From: an uncultured Acidimicrobiaceae bacterium
GTDB taxonomy: Bacteria > Actinomycetota > Acidimicrobiia > Acidimicrobiales > RAAP-2
Length of the DNA stretch: 64,000 nucleotides
Direction of reading: 5' to 3'
Assembly (NCBI GenBank): GCA_963745175.1
Contig: CAVUWK010000006.1
Span: 143,513 to 207,512 of the forward strand
The stretch's first letter is position 1. Every line of letters starts with the position of its first letter. Positions 57,252 through 64,000 of the stretch are shown here, piece after piece. The translations under genes were made by a program, and so were the position numbers. The notes beneath the pieces were generated by a model that was not told the DNA's origin, searched no databases, and saw nothing but the letters and a program-made list of their open reading frames with translations.

Positions 57252-58294
57252 TCGCCGTCGTCAAGGTGGGCTCGTCCTCGGTGACGGCGGAGACGGTGAG
57301 CCGGCTGTGCGGGGAGTTGGCTGCGGCGCGTACCGCCGGGCACACCGTGGTCGTCGTCACGTCCGGGGCCATCGCCGCCGGCTGGGACGCGCTCGACCAA
57401 GGCCGGAGGCGGCCGTCGGATCCCGCCGTGCTGCAGGCCGTGTCGGCGGTGGGCCAGCACCGCCTGATGCGGATGTGGCAGGACGGCTTCGAGCCGTACG
57501 ACGTCCTGGCCGGCCAGGTGCTGCTGGCCCCGCTCGACTTCGTGCACCGCACGCAGTACCTGCACGCACGCGGGACGCTGCGCCACCTGGCCGACCTGGG
57601 GGTGGTCCCGGTGGTGAACGAGAACGACGCCGTGGCCGACGAGGAGATCCGGTTCGGCGACAACGACCGGCTGGCCGCCCTGGTCGCCCACCTGGTGGGC
57701 GCCCAGCTCCTCGTCCTGCTCACCGATGCGCCCGGCCTGCTCACGGCCGACCCGCGGCAGGACGCCGAGGCGTCACTCATCGAAGAGGTCGTGGAGATCG
57801 ATCACCAGCTCGAGCGCCTGGCCGGCGGGCCCGGCAGCACCATGGGAAGCGGCGGCATGGCCTCGAAGTTGGCGGCGGCCAAGATCGCCACCTGGTCCGG
57901 CGTGCAGACGGTGATCGCCGACGCCGGGCGGCCCGGCGTCCTGGCCGCCGCTCTGGCCGGGGAAGCCGGCGTCGGGACGGTGTTCCGGGCTCGGCAGAGC
58001 CGACTGTCGGCCCGCAAGCTGTGGATCGCCTTCGCGCTGGGATCCTCCGGCAGCCTCACCGTTGACGACGGCGCGCGGGCGGCACTGACCAGCCGCGGGC
58101 GGTCGCTGTTGGCAGCCGGGGTCTCCGGGGTCACCGGCGGCTTCCGACCGGACGACGCGGTCGAGATCGCCGGTCCCGACGGGGCCGTCTTCGCCAAGGG
58201 CCTGGTCCGGGTGCATGCCGAGCGGGCCGGCGAATGGATGGGGCGGCGCAGCCAGGTCGTCGTCCATCGGGACGACCTGGTCCTTGTAACCTGA
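57248..58294 (+). CDS. proB: glutamate 5-kinase
   Basis: VVKVGSSSVT...VVTSGAIAAG...NENDAV...GSGGMASKL, plus a PUA-like C-terminus. GTGA overlap with obg. Confidence 0.93.
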   Translation: MIAVVKVGSSSVTAETVSRLCGELAAARTAGHTVVVVTSGAIAAGWDALDQGRRRPSDPAVLQAVSAVGQHRLMRMWQDGFEPYDVLAGQVLLAPLDFVHRTQYLHARGTLRHLADLGVVPVVNENDAVADEEIRFGDNDRLAALVAHLVGAQLLVLLTDAPGLLTADPRQDAEASLIEEVVEIDHQLERLAGGPGSTMGSGGMASKLAAAKIATWSGVQTVIADAGRPGVLAAALAGEAGVGTVFRARQSRLSARKLWIAFALGSSGSLTVDDGARAALTSRGRSLLAAGVSGVTGGFRPDDAVEIAGPDGAVFAKGLVRVHAERAGEWMGRRSQVVVHRDDLVLVT

Positions 58295-58298
58295 CCCG

Positions 58299-59552
58299 AT
58301 GACCTCGCCGGTATTGGAGCAGCTCGCGGGCCGCGTCCGCTCGGCTGCCCGGGTGGTGGCGAGGGCGCCGAGCTCAGTGCGCGACGACGCGCTGCGCCTG
58401 GCCGCCGACCTTCTCCAGGAGGAATGGGCGGCGCTGGTGGAGGCCAACCGGTCGGACCTCGAGCGGGCAGCAGCCACCGGCATGGTGGAGGCCGCCCGGG
58501 ACCGGCTGCGGCTGACCGAGGACCGGGTGCGGGGCATGGCGGACGGCCTGCGCAAGGTGGCGGACCTGCCCGACCCGGTGGGGGAGGTCACCGAAGGATG
58601 GGTGCGGCCCAACGGCCTCCGGGTCTCGCGGGTGCGCGTCCCGCTCGGCGTGGTCGGGGTGATCTACGAGAACCGGCCCAACGTCACCAGCGACGCCGCC
58701 GGACTGTGCCTCAAGGCCGGGAACGCCGCCTTCCTCCGGGGCTCGTCGTCGGCCATCGACTCCAACCGGGCCATCGTGGCGGTGTTGCGGCGCGCCGCGG
58801 TGAAGGCGGGCTTGCCCGAGGATGCCGTCGCTCTGGTGGAGGACACGTCGCACGAGACCGCGACCGCGTTCATGCAGCTGCGCGGCTTCATCGACTGCCT
58901 GATCCCGCGGGGTGGGCAGGCGTTGATCGCGTCCCTCGTCGAGCACGCCACCGTGCCGTACGTGCTCGACGGTGACGGGAACTGCCATATCTACATCGAC
59001 GGGGCGGCCGACCTGGCCATGGCCCACGAGTTGGCCGTCAACGCCAAGACGCACCGCTTCGGAGTCTGCAACGCGGTCGAGACGATCCTGGTGCACGCGG
59101 CGGTGGCGGAGGACTTCCTGCCGCGGCTGGCGGCCTCGCTGGCGGCGGCGGGGGTGGAGATCCGGGCCGACGAGCGCGTGCGGGCCCACGTGCCCGACGC
59201 CGTGCCGGCGCTCGAGAGCGACTTCGCCACCGAGTTCCTGGGCCCGGTGGTGGCGATCGGGATGGTCGACGACGTGGGCGAGGCCATCGAGCACATCGCG
59301 CGCTACAGCTCGGGGCACTCCGAGGCGATCGTCACCTCGGACGTGGCGGTGGCCGACCGCTTCGTGGCCGAGGTGGACGGGGCCGCCGTCCTGGTGAACG
59401 CCTCGACGCGCTTCGTCGACGGCGACGAGCTCGGGCTCGGCGCGGAGGTGGGGATCTCCACCCAGAAGCTGCATGCCCGAGGACCGATGGGAGTGAAGGA
59501 GCTGACGACGTTGAAGTGGATCGTGCGTGGTGACGGGCAGGTGCGCCGGTGA
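58299..59552 (+). CDS. proA: glutamate-5-semialdehyde dehydrogenase
   Basis: 417 aa: ...GVIYENRPNVT...CNAVETILVH... Confidence 0.93.
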   Translation: MTSPVLEQLAGRVRSAARVVARAPSSVRDDALRLAADLLQEEWAALVEANRSDLERAAATGMVEAARDRLRLTEDRVRGMADGLRKVADLPDPVGEVTEGWVRPNGLRVSRVRVPLGVVGVIYENRPNVTSDAAGLCLKAGNAAFLRGSSSAIDSNRAIVAVLRRAAVKAGLPEDAVALVEDTSHETATAFMQLRGFIDCLIPRGGQALIASLVEHATVPYVLDGDGNCHIYIDGAADLAMAHELAVNAKTHRFGVCNAVETILVHAAVAEDFLPRLAASLAAAGVEIRADERVRAHVPDAVPALESDFATEFLGPVVAIGMVDDVGEAIEHIARYSSGHSEAIVTSDVAVADRFVAEVDGAAVLVNASTRFVDGDELGLGAEVGISTQKLHARGPMGVKELTTLKWIVRGDGQVRR

Positions 59553-60478
59553 GCCAGGGCAACGCAGCATTGGGGCTGCCGGAAAGCGGTCCCCCCCGGT
59601 TCGAGTCCCTGGACGCGGTCCGGGGCGGCCTCGCCCGGGTCGGCTACCTGGCTGACGAGTCCATCAGCGGCGTCGTCTACCTGTCCGACCGGCTGGCCAA
59701 GCCGGTGCTGGTGGAGGGGCCGGCAGGGACCGGCAAGACGCAGCTGGCCAAGTCGGTGGCCGAGCTCACGGGCGCGCGGCTGATCCGCCTCCAGTGTTAC
59801 GAGGGGCTCGACGAGTCCAAGGCACTCTACGAGTGGAACTACCGCAAGCAGCTGCTGCGGATCCAGGCGGGGGAGCACGGCAAGGCCGAGGAGGAGGGCC
59901 CCAGCTGGTCCGAGCTGGAGGAGGACATCTTCTCGGAGGACTTCCTGCTGACCCGGCCCCTGCTCGAGGCGATCCGGGCCACCGAGCCCGTGGTGCTGCT
60001 CGTCGACGAGGTCGACCGGGTGGAGCTCGAGACCGAGGCGCTGCTGCTCGAGATCCTCTCGGAGTACCAGGTGTCGATCCCCGAGCTCGGCACCGTGCGG
60101 GCCACCCAGCTGCCCATGGTGTTCCTCACGTCCAACAACACCCGCGAGCTCTCCGAGGCGCTCAAGCGCCGCTGCCTGTACCTGCACATCGACTACCCCG
60201 ACCTCGAGCGCGAGCGCGAGATCGTGCGCACCAAGGTGCCCGGCATCAGCGAGGAGCTCGCCGACCAGGTGGCGCGCATCGTGCGCTCGCTGCGTACCCT
60301 CGAGCTGCGCAAGCTGCCATCGGTCTCCGAGACGATCGACTGGGCCCGCACGCTCGTGCTGCTCGGTGTCGAGACGATCGACGCCGCCGGCGCCAAGGAG
60401 ACGCTGCACATCCTTTTGAAGTACCAAGCCGACATCGAGCGGGCCTCCAAGGAGCTGCTGTCGGCCTCGCCGAGCTGA
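59549..60478 (+). CDS. MoxR-class AAA+ ATPase (CoxD-like subgroup)
   Basis: VLVEGPAGTGKTQLAKSVA (Walker A), VLLVDEVDR (Walker B), ALKRRCLYLHIDYPD. GTGA overlap with the proA stop. Confidence 0.88.
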   Translation: MSQGNAALGLPESGPPRFESLDAVRGGLARVGYLADESISGVVYLSDRLAKPVLVEGPAGTGKTQLAKSVAELTGARLIRLQCYEGLDESKALYEWNYRKQLLRIQAGEHGKAEEEGPSWSELEEDIFSEDFLLTRPLLEAIRATEPVVLLVDEVDRVELETEALLLEILSEYQVSIPELGTVRATQLPMVFLTSNNTRELSEALKRRCLYLHIDYPDLEREREIVRTKVPGISEELADQVARIVRSLRTLELRKLPSVSETIDWARTLVLLGVETIDAAGAKETLHILLKYQADIERASKELLSASPS

Positions 60479-60485
60479 GGGCGTC

Positions 60486-61940
60486 GTGCTCGACCTCCTC
60501 TCCGGCTTCGTCACCGAGCTGCGCCGCGCCGGGCTGCCCGTCTCGCTGACCGAGCACCTCGATGCCGCCGAGGCGGTCAAGCACATCCCGCTCGAGGATC
60601 GCGAGGCGCTGAAGTACGCGCTGGCCGCCACGCTGGTGAAGTCGTCCTCGCACTGGCGGGCCTTCGAGACGGCCTTCGAGGTGTTCTTCGCCGTCCGGAC
60701 CGGTGGTGGCCGCGGAGCGGAGGGCGAGGAGGACGGCGCCGAGGGCGACGAGCTGGACGGCGAGCAGTCCGGGCAGGGCGGCGCGCAGGGCCAGCGGCGC
60801 TCGTGGCAGAGCGGTGGTGGCGGCGAGGGCATGACGCCCGAGGAGCTGGCCGAGATGCTCTTCAAGTCGCTGCTCTCGGCCGACGCCGGGCTCATGAACA
60901 TGGTGGCCCGCAACGCGGTGGACCGCTACGCCGGCATGGAGCCCGGTCGCCCGGTCGGCGGCACCTACTACCTCTACCGCACGCTGCGGAACCTCGACCT
61001 CGACGCCGTCCTGGAGCGCCTGATGAGCCAGGCGCAGGCGGGTGCGGCGGGCGGCTCCCTCACCGATCTGGAGGAGCGTCTGGCCGCCGACGAGTTCAAG
61101 GCGCGCATCGAGAAGTTCCGCCGCTCGGTCGAGACGGAGATCCGCCGGCGCCTCGTCGAGGACCGGGGTGCCGAGGCGCTGGCCCGCTCCGTGCGCAAGC
61201 CGCTGCCCGAGGACATCGACGTCATGCACGCCACCCGCGAGGAGCTGGCCATGCTGCACCGGGTGCTCCAGCCGCTGTCGCGCAAGCTCGCGGTCCGCCT
61301 GGCCCGCAAGCGGCGGCACGGCCGCAAGGGCCCCCTGGACTTCCGCGCCACCATGCGGCGCTCGCTCTCGACGGGTGGCGTGCCCATTGAGCCCCGCTTC
61401 CGGCACCCGCGGCCGTCCAAGCCCGAGATCTTCGTCATCGCGGACATCTCGGGGTCGGTGGCGAGCTTCGCCCGCTTCACCCTGCACCTCGTGTACGCCA
61501 TCTCGTCGCAGTTCTCCAAGGTGCGCAGCTTCGTCTTCGTGGACGGGATCGACGAGGTGACGCGGTTCTTCGAGGGCGTGGTCGACCCCGCCGAGGCGGT
61601 GGCCCGCATCAACCTGGAGGCCGACGTCATCTGGGTCGACGGCCACTCCGACTACGGGCACGCGCTGACCGAGTTCCACCGGCGCTGGGGCGACCAGGTG
61701 ACCTCGCGCTCGAGCGTCCTGCTCCTGGGCGACGCCCGCAACAACTACCACGCGTCGGCCTCGTGGGTGCTCGAGGACCTGCAGGCCAGGGCGCGCCACG
61801 TCTTCTGGCTCAACCCCGAGCCGCGGGACTACTGGGGCTCGGGCGACTCCATTGTGGGCGAGTACGCCGCCCACTGCGACGACGTCGTGGAGTGCCGGAC
61901 GTTGCGCCAGCTCGAGCGCTTCGTCGGCAACCTGGCGTGA
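60486..61940 (+). CDS. VWA domain-containing protein (CoxE-like partner of the MoxR ATPase)
   Basis: MLDLLSGFVTELRRAGLPVSLTEHLDAAEAV is a CoxE-type N-terminus. ...IFVIADISGSVASF is a MIDAS DxSxS-like motif ...LLLGDARNNY. Confidence 0.85.
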   Translation: MLDLLSGFVTELRRAGLPVSLTEHLDAAEAVKHIPLEDREALKYALAATLVKSSSHWRAFETAFEVFFAVRTGGGRGAEGEEDGAEGDELDGEQSGQGGAQGQRRSWQSGGGGEGMTPEELAEMLFKSLLSADAGLMNMVARNAVDRYAGMEPGRPVGGTYYLYRTLRNLDLDAVLERLMSQAQAGAAGGSLTDLEERLAADEFKARIEKFRRSVETEIRRRLVEDRGAEALARSVRKPLPEDIDVMHATREELAMLHRVLQPLSRKLAVRLARKRRHGRKGPLDFRATMRRSLSTGGVPIEPRFRHPRPSKPEIFVIADISGSVASFARFTLHLVYAISSQFSKVRSFVFVDGIDEVTRFFEGVVDPAEAVARINLEADVIWVDGHSDYGHALTEFHRRWGDQVTSRSSVLLLGDARNNYHASASWVLEDLQARARHVFWLNPEPRDYWGSGDSIVGEYAAHCDDVVECRTLRQLERFVGNLA

Positions 61941-62794
61941 CCGTGGGCGACGAGGTCAGCCCGGCTGACGAGGACGACGAGCGCACCCACGCGGGGGTCC
62001 TGCGGATCTTCCCTCCCGAGGAGGGCGCGTCACGGATCGTGCTGGTGCGCCACGGCGAGGCGGAGTGCAACGTCAACCACGTCATCGGCGGGCCCAAGGG
62101 GTGCACCGGGCTGACGCACCTGGGACGCCGGCAGGTCGCCGCGCTGGCCGACCGGCTCTACGAGAGCGGCGAGCTGCGCGAGGCGACGGCGCTCTACTCC
62201 TCGGTGCTGCCCCGGGCCACCGAGACGGCGGAGCGCCTCCGGCCGGTTGTGGGCCCGGGACCGACGGCCCTCGGCCCGGTTCGGGAGCGCTGTGACCTCT
62301 GCGAGCTGCACCCCGGTGCCGCCGACGGCCTGGAGTGGACCGAGATGGTCGGGGCCCTGGGCGTGCCCGACTGGGACAACGACCCCACCGTACCCATCGC
62401 ACCGGGCGGCGAGAGCTGGTCCGAGTTCGTGGTGCGGGCCTCGGACGCGGTGCGTGACGTGCTGCGCCAGCACCCCGGTGAGCTGGTGGTGGCGGCCGTC
62501 CATGCCGGGGTGATCGAGGCCACGATGATCGCCTTCCTCGGGGTGTCGCCGGAGGTCTACCGGCGGGGCTGGGTGCGCATCGTGCACGCGTCCATGACCG
62601 AGTGGGAGTGGGTGCCCTCCGAGGACCGCTTCGTCCTGTTGCGCTTCAACGACTCCTGCGGGGTGCCCCGGGCGCTCGAGGGGGGATCGAGCTCAGGCGT
62701 CGCCGAGGAAGGTACGGGCGAGGGGCTCGGGCGCGGCGGCCAGCCAGGCATCCTCGATCGCCTCACGCAACGGCTTCTTGGTGACCGTCCGTAG
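61937..62794 (+). CDS. histidine phosphatase (phosphoglycerate mutase-like) family protein
   Basis: RIVLVRHGEAECN (RHG motif) ...VHAGVIEA. GTGA overlap with the VWA stop. The last ~100 nt overlap the convergent YjbR gene, so the true 3' end is uncertain. Confidence 0.8.
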   Translation: MTVGDEVSPADEDDERTHAGVLRIFPPEEGASRIVLVRHGEAECNVNHVIGGPKGCTGLTHLGRRQVAALADRLYESGELREATALYSSVLPRATETAERLRPVVGPGPTALGPVRERCDLCELHPGAADGLEWTEMVGALGVPDWDNDPTVPIAPGGESWSEFVVRASDAVRDVLRQHPGELVVAAVHAGVIEATMIAFLGVSPEVYRRGWVRIVHASMTEWEWVPSEDRFVLLRFNDSCGVPRALEGGSSSGVAEEGTGEGLGRGGQPGILDRLTQRLLGDRP

Positions 62795-63082
62795 CTGCAC
62801 GAGGACGGCCGCGTAGCCGTCGAAGTGCGGGATGGTGAAGAACCCCTTGGTGCCGGTGGCCAGCAGGGCGTCCTTGTCGGCCAGGTCGGCGGTGCACAGG
62901 GCGAGGATCGGTCCGGTCGGCGGAGCCGTGTCGCCGAACCGCTTGAGGTCGGCTTTGGAGAACGGGCGTTCCCAGGCGAAGGCCTTGCCGGCGACGAACC
63001 ACGTCCGGTGGCCGTGCCGTGCTCCCTCGGTCACCTCGGGCAGGTCCGCGACCATCCGTTCGACGTCTTCGAGAGCCGCCAT
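62693..63082 (-). CDS. MmcQ/YjbR family DNA-binding protein
   Basis: 129 aa: ...PEVTEGARHGHRTWFVAGKAFAW...FFTIPHFDGYAAVLVQL. Confidence 0.7.
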   Translation of the reverse strand: MAALEDVERMVADLPEVTEGARHGHRTWFVAGKAFAWERPFSKADLKRFGDTAPPTGPILALCTADLADKDALLATGTKGFFTIPHFDGYAAVLVQLRTVTKKPLREAIEDAWLAAAPEPLARTFLGDA

Positions 63083-63138
63083 GGGGGCACGCTACCGCTA
63101 ACGTCCTGGCGCATGGCCCTCCGACGGCACGGCCCCGC

Positions 63139-64000
63139 ATGAGCGCGGGCCTCGACGCCGCCGGGTTGCGGCGCCTGCACGACCGGCTGGCCGCGCACAC
63201 CGAGAGCGGGCAGGTCCCGGGACTGGTCGCGCTGCTGGCGCGGGGAGACGACGTCCACACCGAGGTGCTCGGGCATGCGGCACTGGGCGATCCGGCGCCG
63301 CTGCGCCGCGGCGCCATCTTCCGGATCGCCTCGCTCACCAAGCCGGTGGCGGCTGCGGGCGCCATGCTCCTGGTGGACGACGGGGTGCTGTCGCTGTCCG
63401 ATCCCGTCGACGTGCTGCTGCCGGAGCTGGCGGGCCGGCGGGTGCTGCGCAGCCTGGAGAGCCCACTCGACGACACCGTCCCCGCCACACGCGCCATCAC
63501 CCTCGAGGACCTGCTGACGTTCCGCCTGGGCTTCGGGATCATCATGGCCCCGCCGGGCACCTATCCCATTCAGGACGCGGAGGCCGAGCTGGACCTCATG
63601 ACGCTCGGCCCGCCCTGGCCGCCGCCGCCCTTCGGGTCCGACGAGTGGATCGCCCGCTTCGCCACCCTGCCGCTGCTCGACCAGCCGGGGGAGGCGTGGC
63701 GCTACAACACCGGCGCGCAGGTGCTGGGCATCCTGTTGGAACGGGCGACCGGGCAACCGCTCGAAGTGTTCCTGCGGGAGCGCCTCTTCGACCCTCTCGG
63801 CATGGTGGACACCTCGTTCAGCGTGGCGGGCGAGAAGCAGGGCCGGTTCACCACGGCCTACCTGCCCGACGACTCCGGTGGCCTCGACGTCCTGGACCCG
63901 CCGTCGGGCGGTTGGTGGAACACGCCGCAGGCCATGGCCAACGCGGCGGGCATGCTCGTCTCGACGCTCGACGACTACTGGGCCTTCGTCTCCATGCTCG
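63139..64000 (+). CDS. serine hydrolase, beta-lactamase/PBP4-like family (3' end outside the window)
   Basis: MSAGLDAAGLRRLHDRLAAH...IFRIASLTKPVAAAG (SxxK) ...YNTGAQVLG. The frame stays open to the end of the window. Confidence 0.8.
   Translation, partial: MSAGLDAAGLRRLHDRLAAHTESGQVPGLVALLARGDDVHTEVLGHAALGDPAPLRRGAIFRIASLTKPVAAAGAMLLVDDGVLSLSDPVDVLLPELAGRRVLRSLESPLDDTVPATRAITLEDLLTFRLGFGIIMAPPGTYPIQDAEAELDLMTLGPPWPPPPFGSDEWIARFATLPLLDQPGEAWRYNTGAQVLGILLERATGQPLEVFLRERLFDPLGMVDTSFSVAGEKQGRFTTAYLPDDSGGLDVLDPPSGGWWNTPQAMANAAGMLVSTLDDYWAFVSML

Noticed and set aside
1-64000. CRISPR arrays, rRNA genes, insertion sequences, integrases, phage or toxin-antitoxin modules
   Set aside because: No spaced direct repeats, no transposase, integrase or phage-like translated motifs, and no non-coding gap longer than about 175 nt were found on either strand.

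Overview
Dense, very GC-rich (about 70% by eye) chromosomal segment. F420-type LLM oxidoreductase, mycothiol/DinB-type enzyme and the gene order point to Actinomycetota, possibly an MreB-bearing lineage such as Acidimicrobiia; this is inference only.

Layout:
- 1-18.9 kb: accessory catabolic region (GMC dehydrogenase pair, DUF35/thiolase, HAD, LLM/F420 oxidoreductase, two D-aminoacylase-family amidohydrolases, two amidohydrolase_2 genes, ALDH, peptidase E, 2-hydroxyacid DH, FGGY kinase, Zn-ADH, SDR).
- 19-35 kb: variable segment punctuated by tRNA-His, tRNA-Arg and tRNA-Pro. It holds a cupin/SRPBCC pair, FkbM methyltransferase, LOG+MFS, DUF3089, an orphan ParA plus a fragmented Cys-rich small gene, a second MFS, a DoxX-Rieske fusion, a membrane-anchored double beta-propeller, a LipJ-like adenylate cyclase and a third D-aminoacylase.
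- 35-64 kb: conserved core block tig-clpP-clpX-folC-ndk-mreBCD-mrdA, radical SAM pair (TIGR03960/TIGR03936), rne-rplU-rpmA, then a 5 kb insert (VOC, PNP, copper amine oxidase, DtxR-like regulator, deaminase-like amidohydrolase), then obg-proB-proA-MoxR-VWA-histidine phosphatase, YjbR, and a partial beta-lactamase-like hydrolase.

No CRISPR array, integrase, transposase or rRNA was seen.

Two observations stand out:
1. About 18 single-nucleotide frame disruptions fall almost only in accessory genes. All recognisable housekeeping genes are intact.
2. A co-directional cyclase / Kelch+ASST-like propeller / DoxX-Cys4-Rieske cluster is my best candidate for an undescribed extracytoplasmic redox module.

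All family calls come from reading the translated ORFs by eye; no searches were run.
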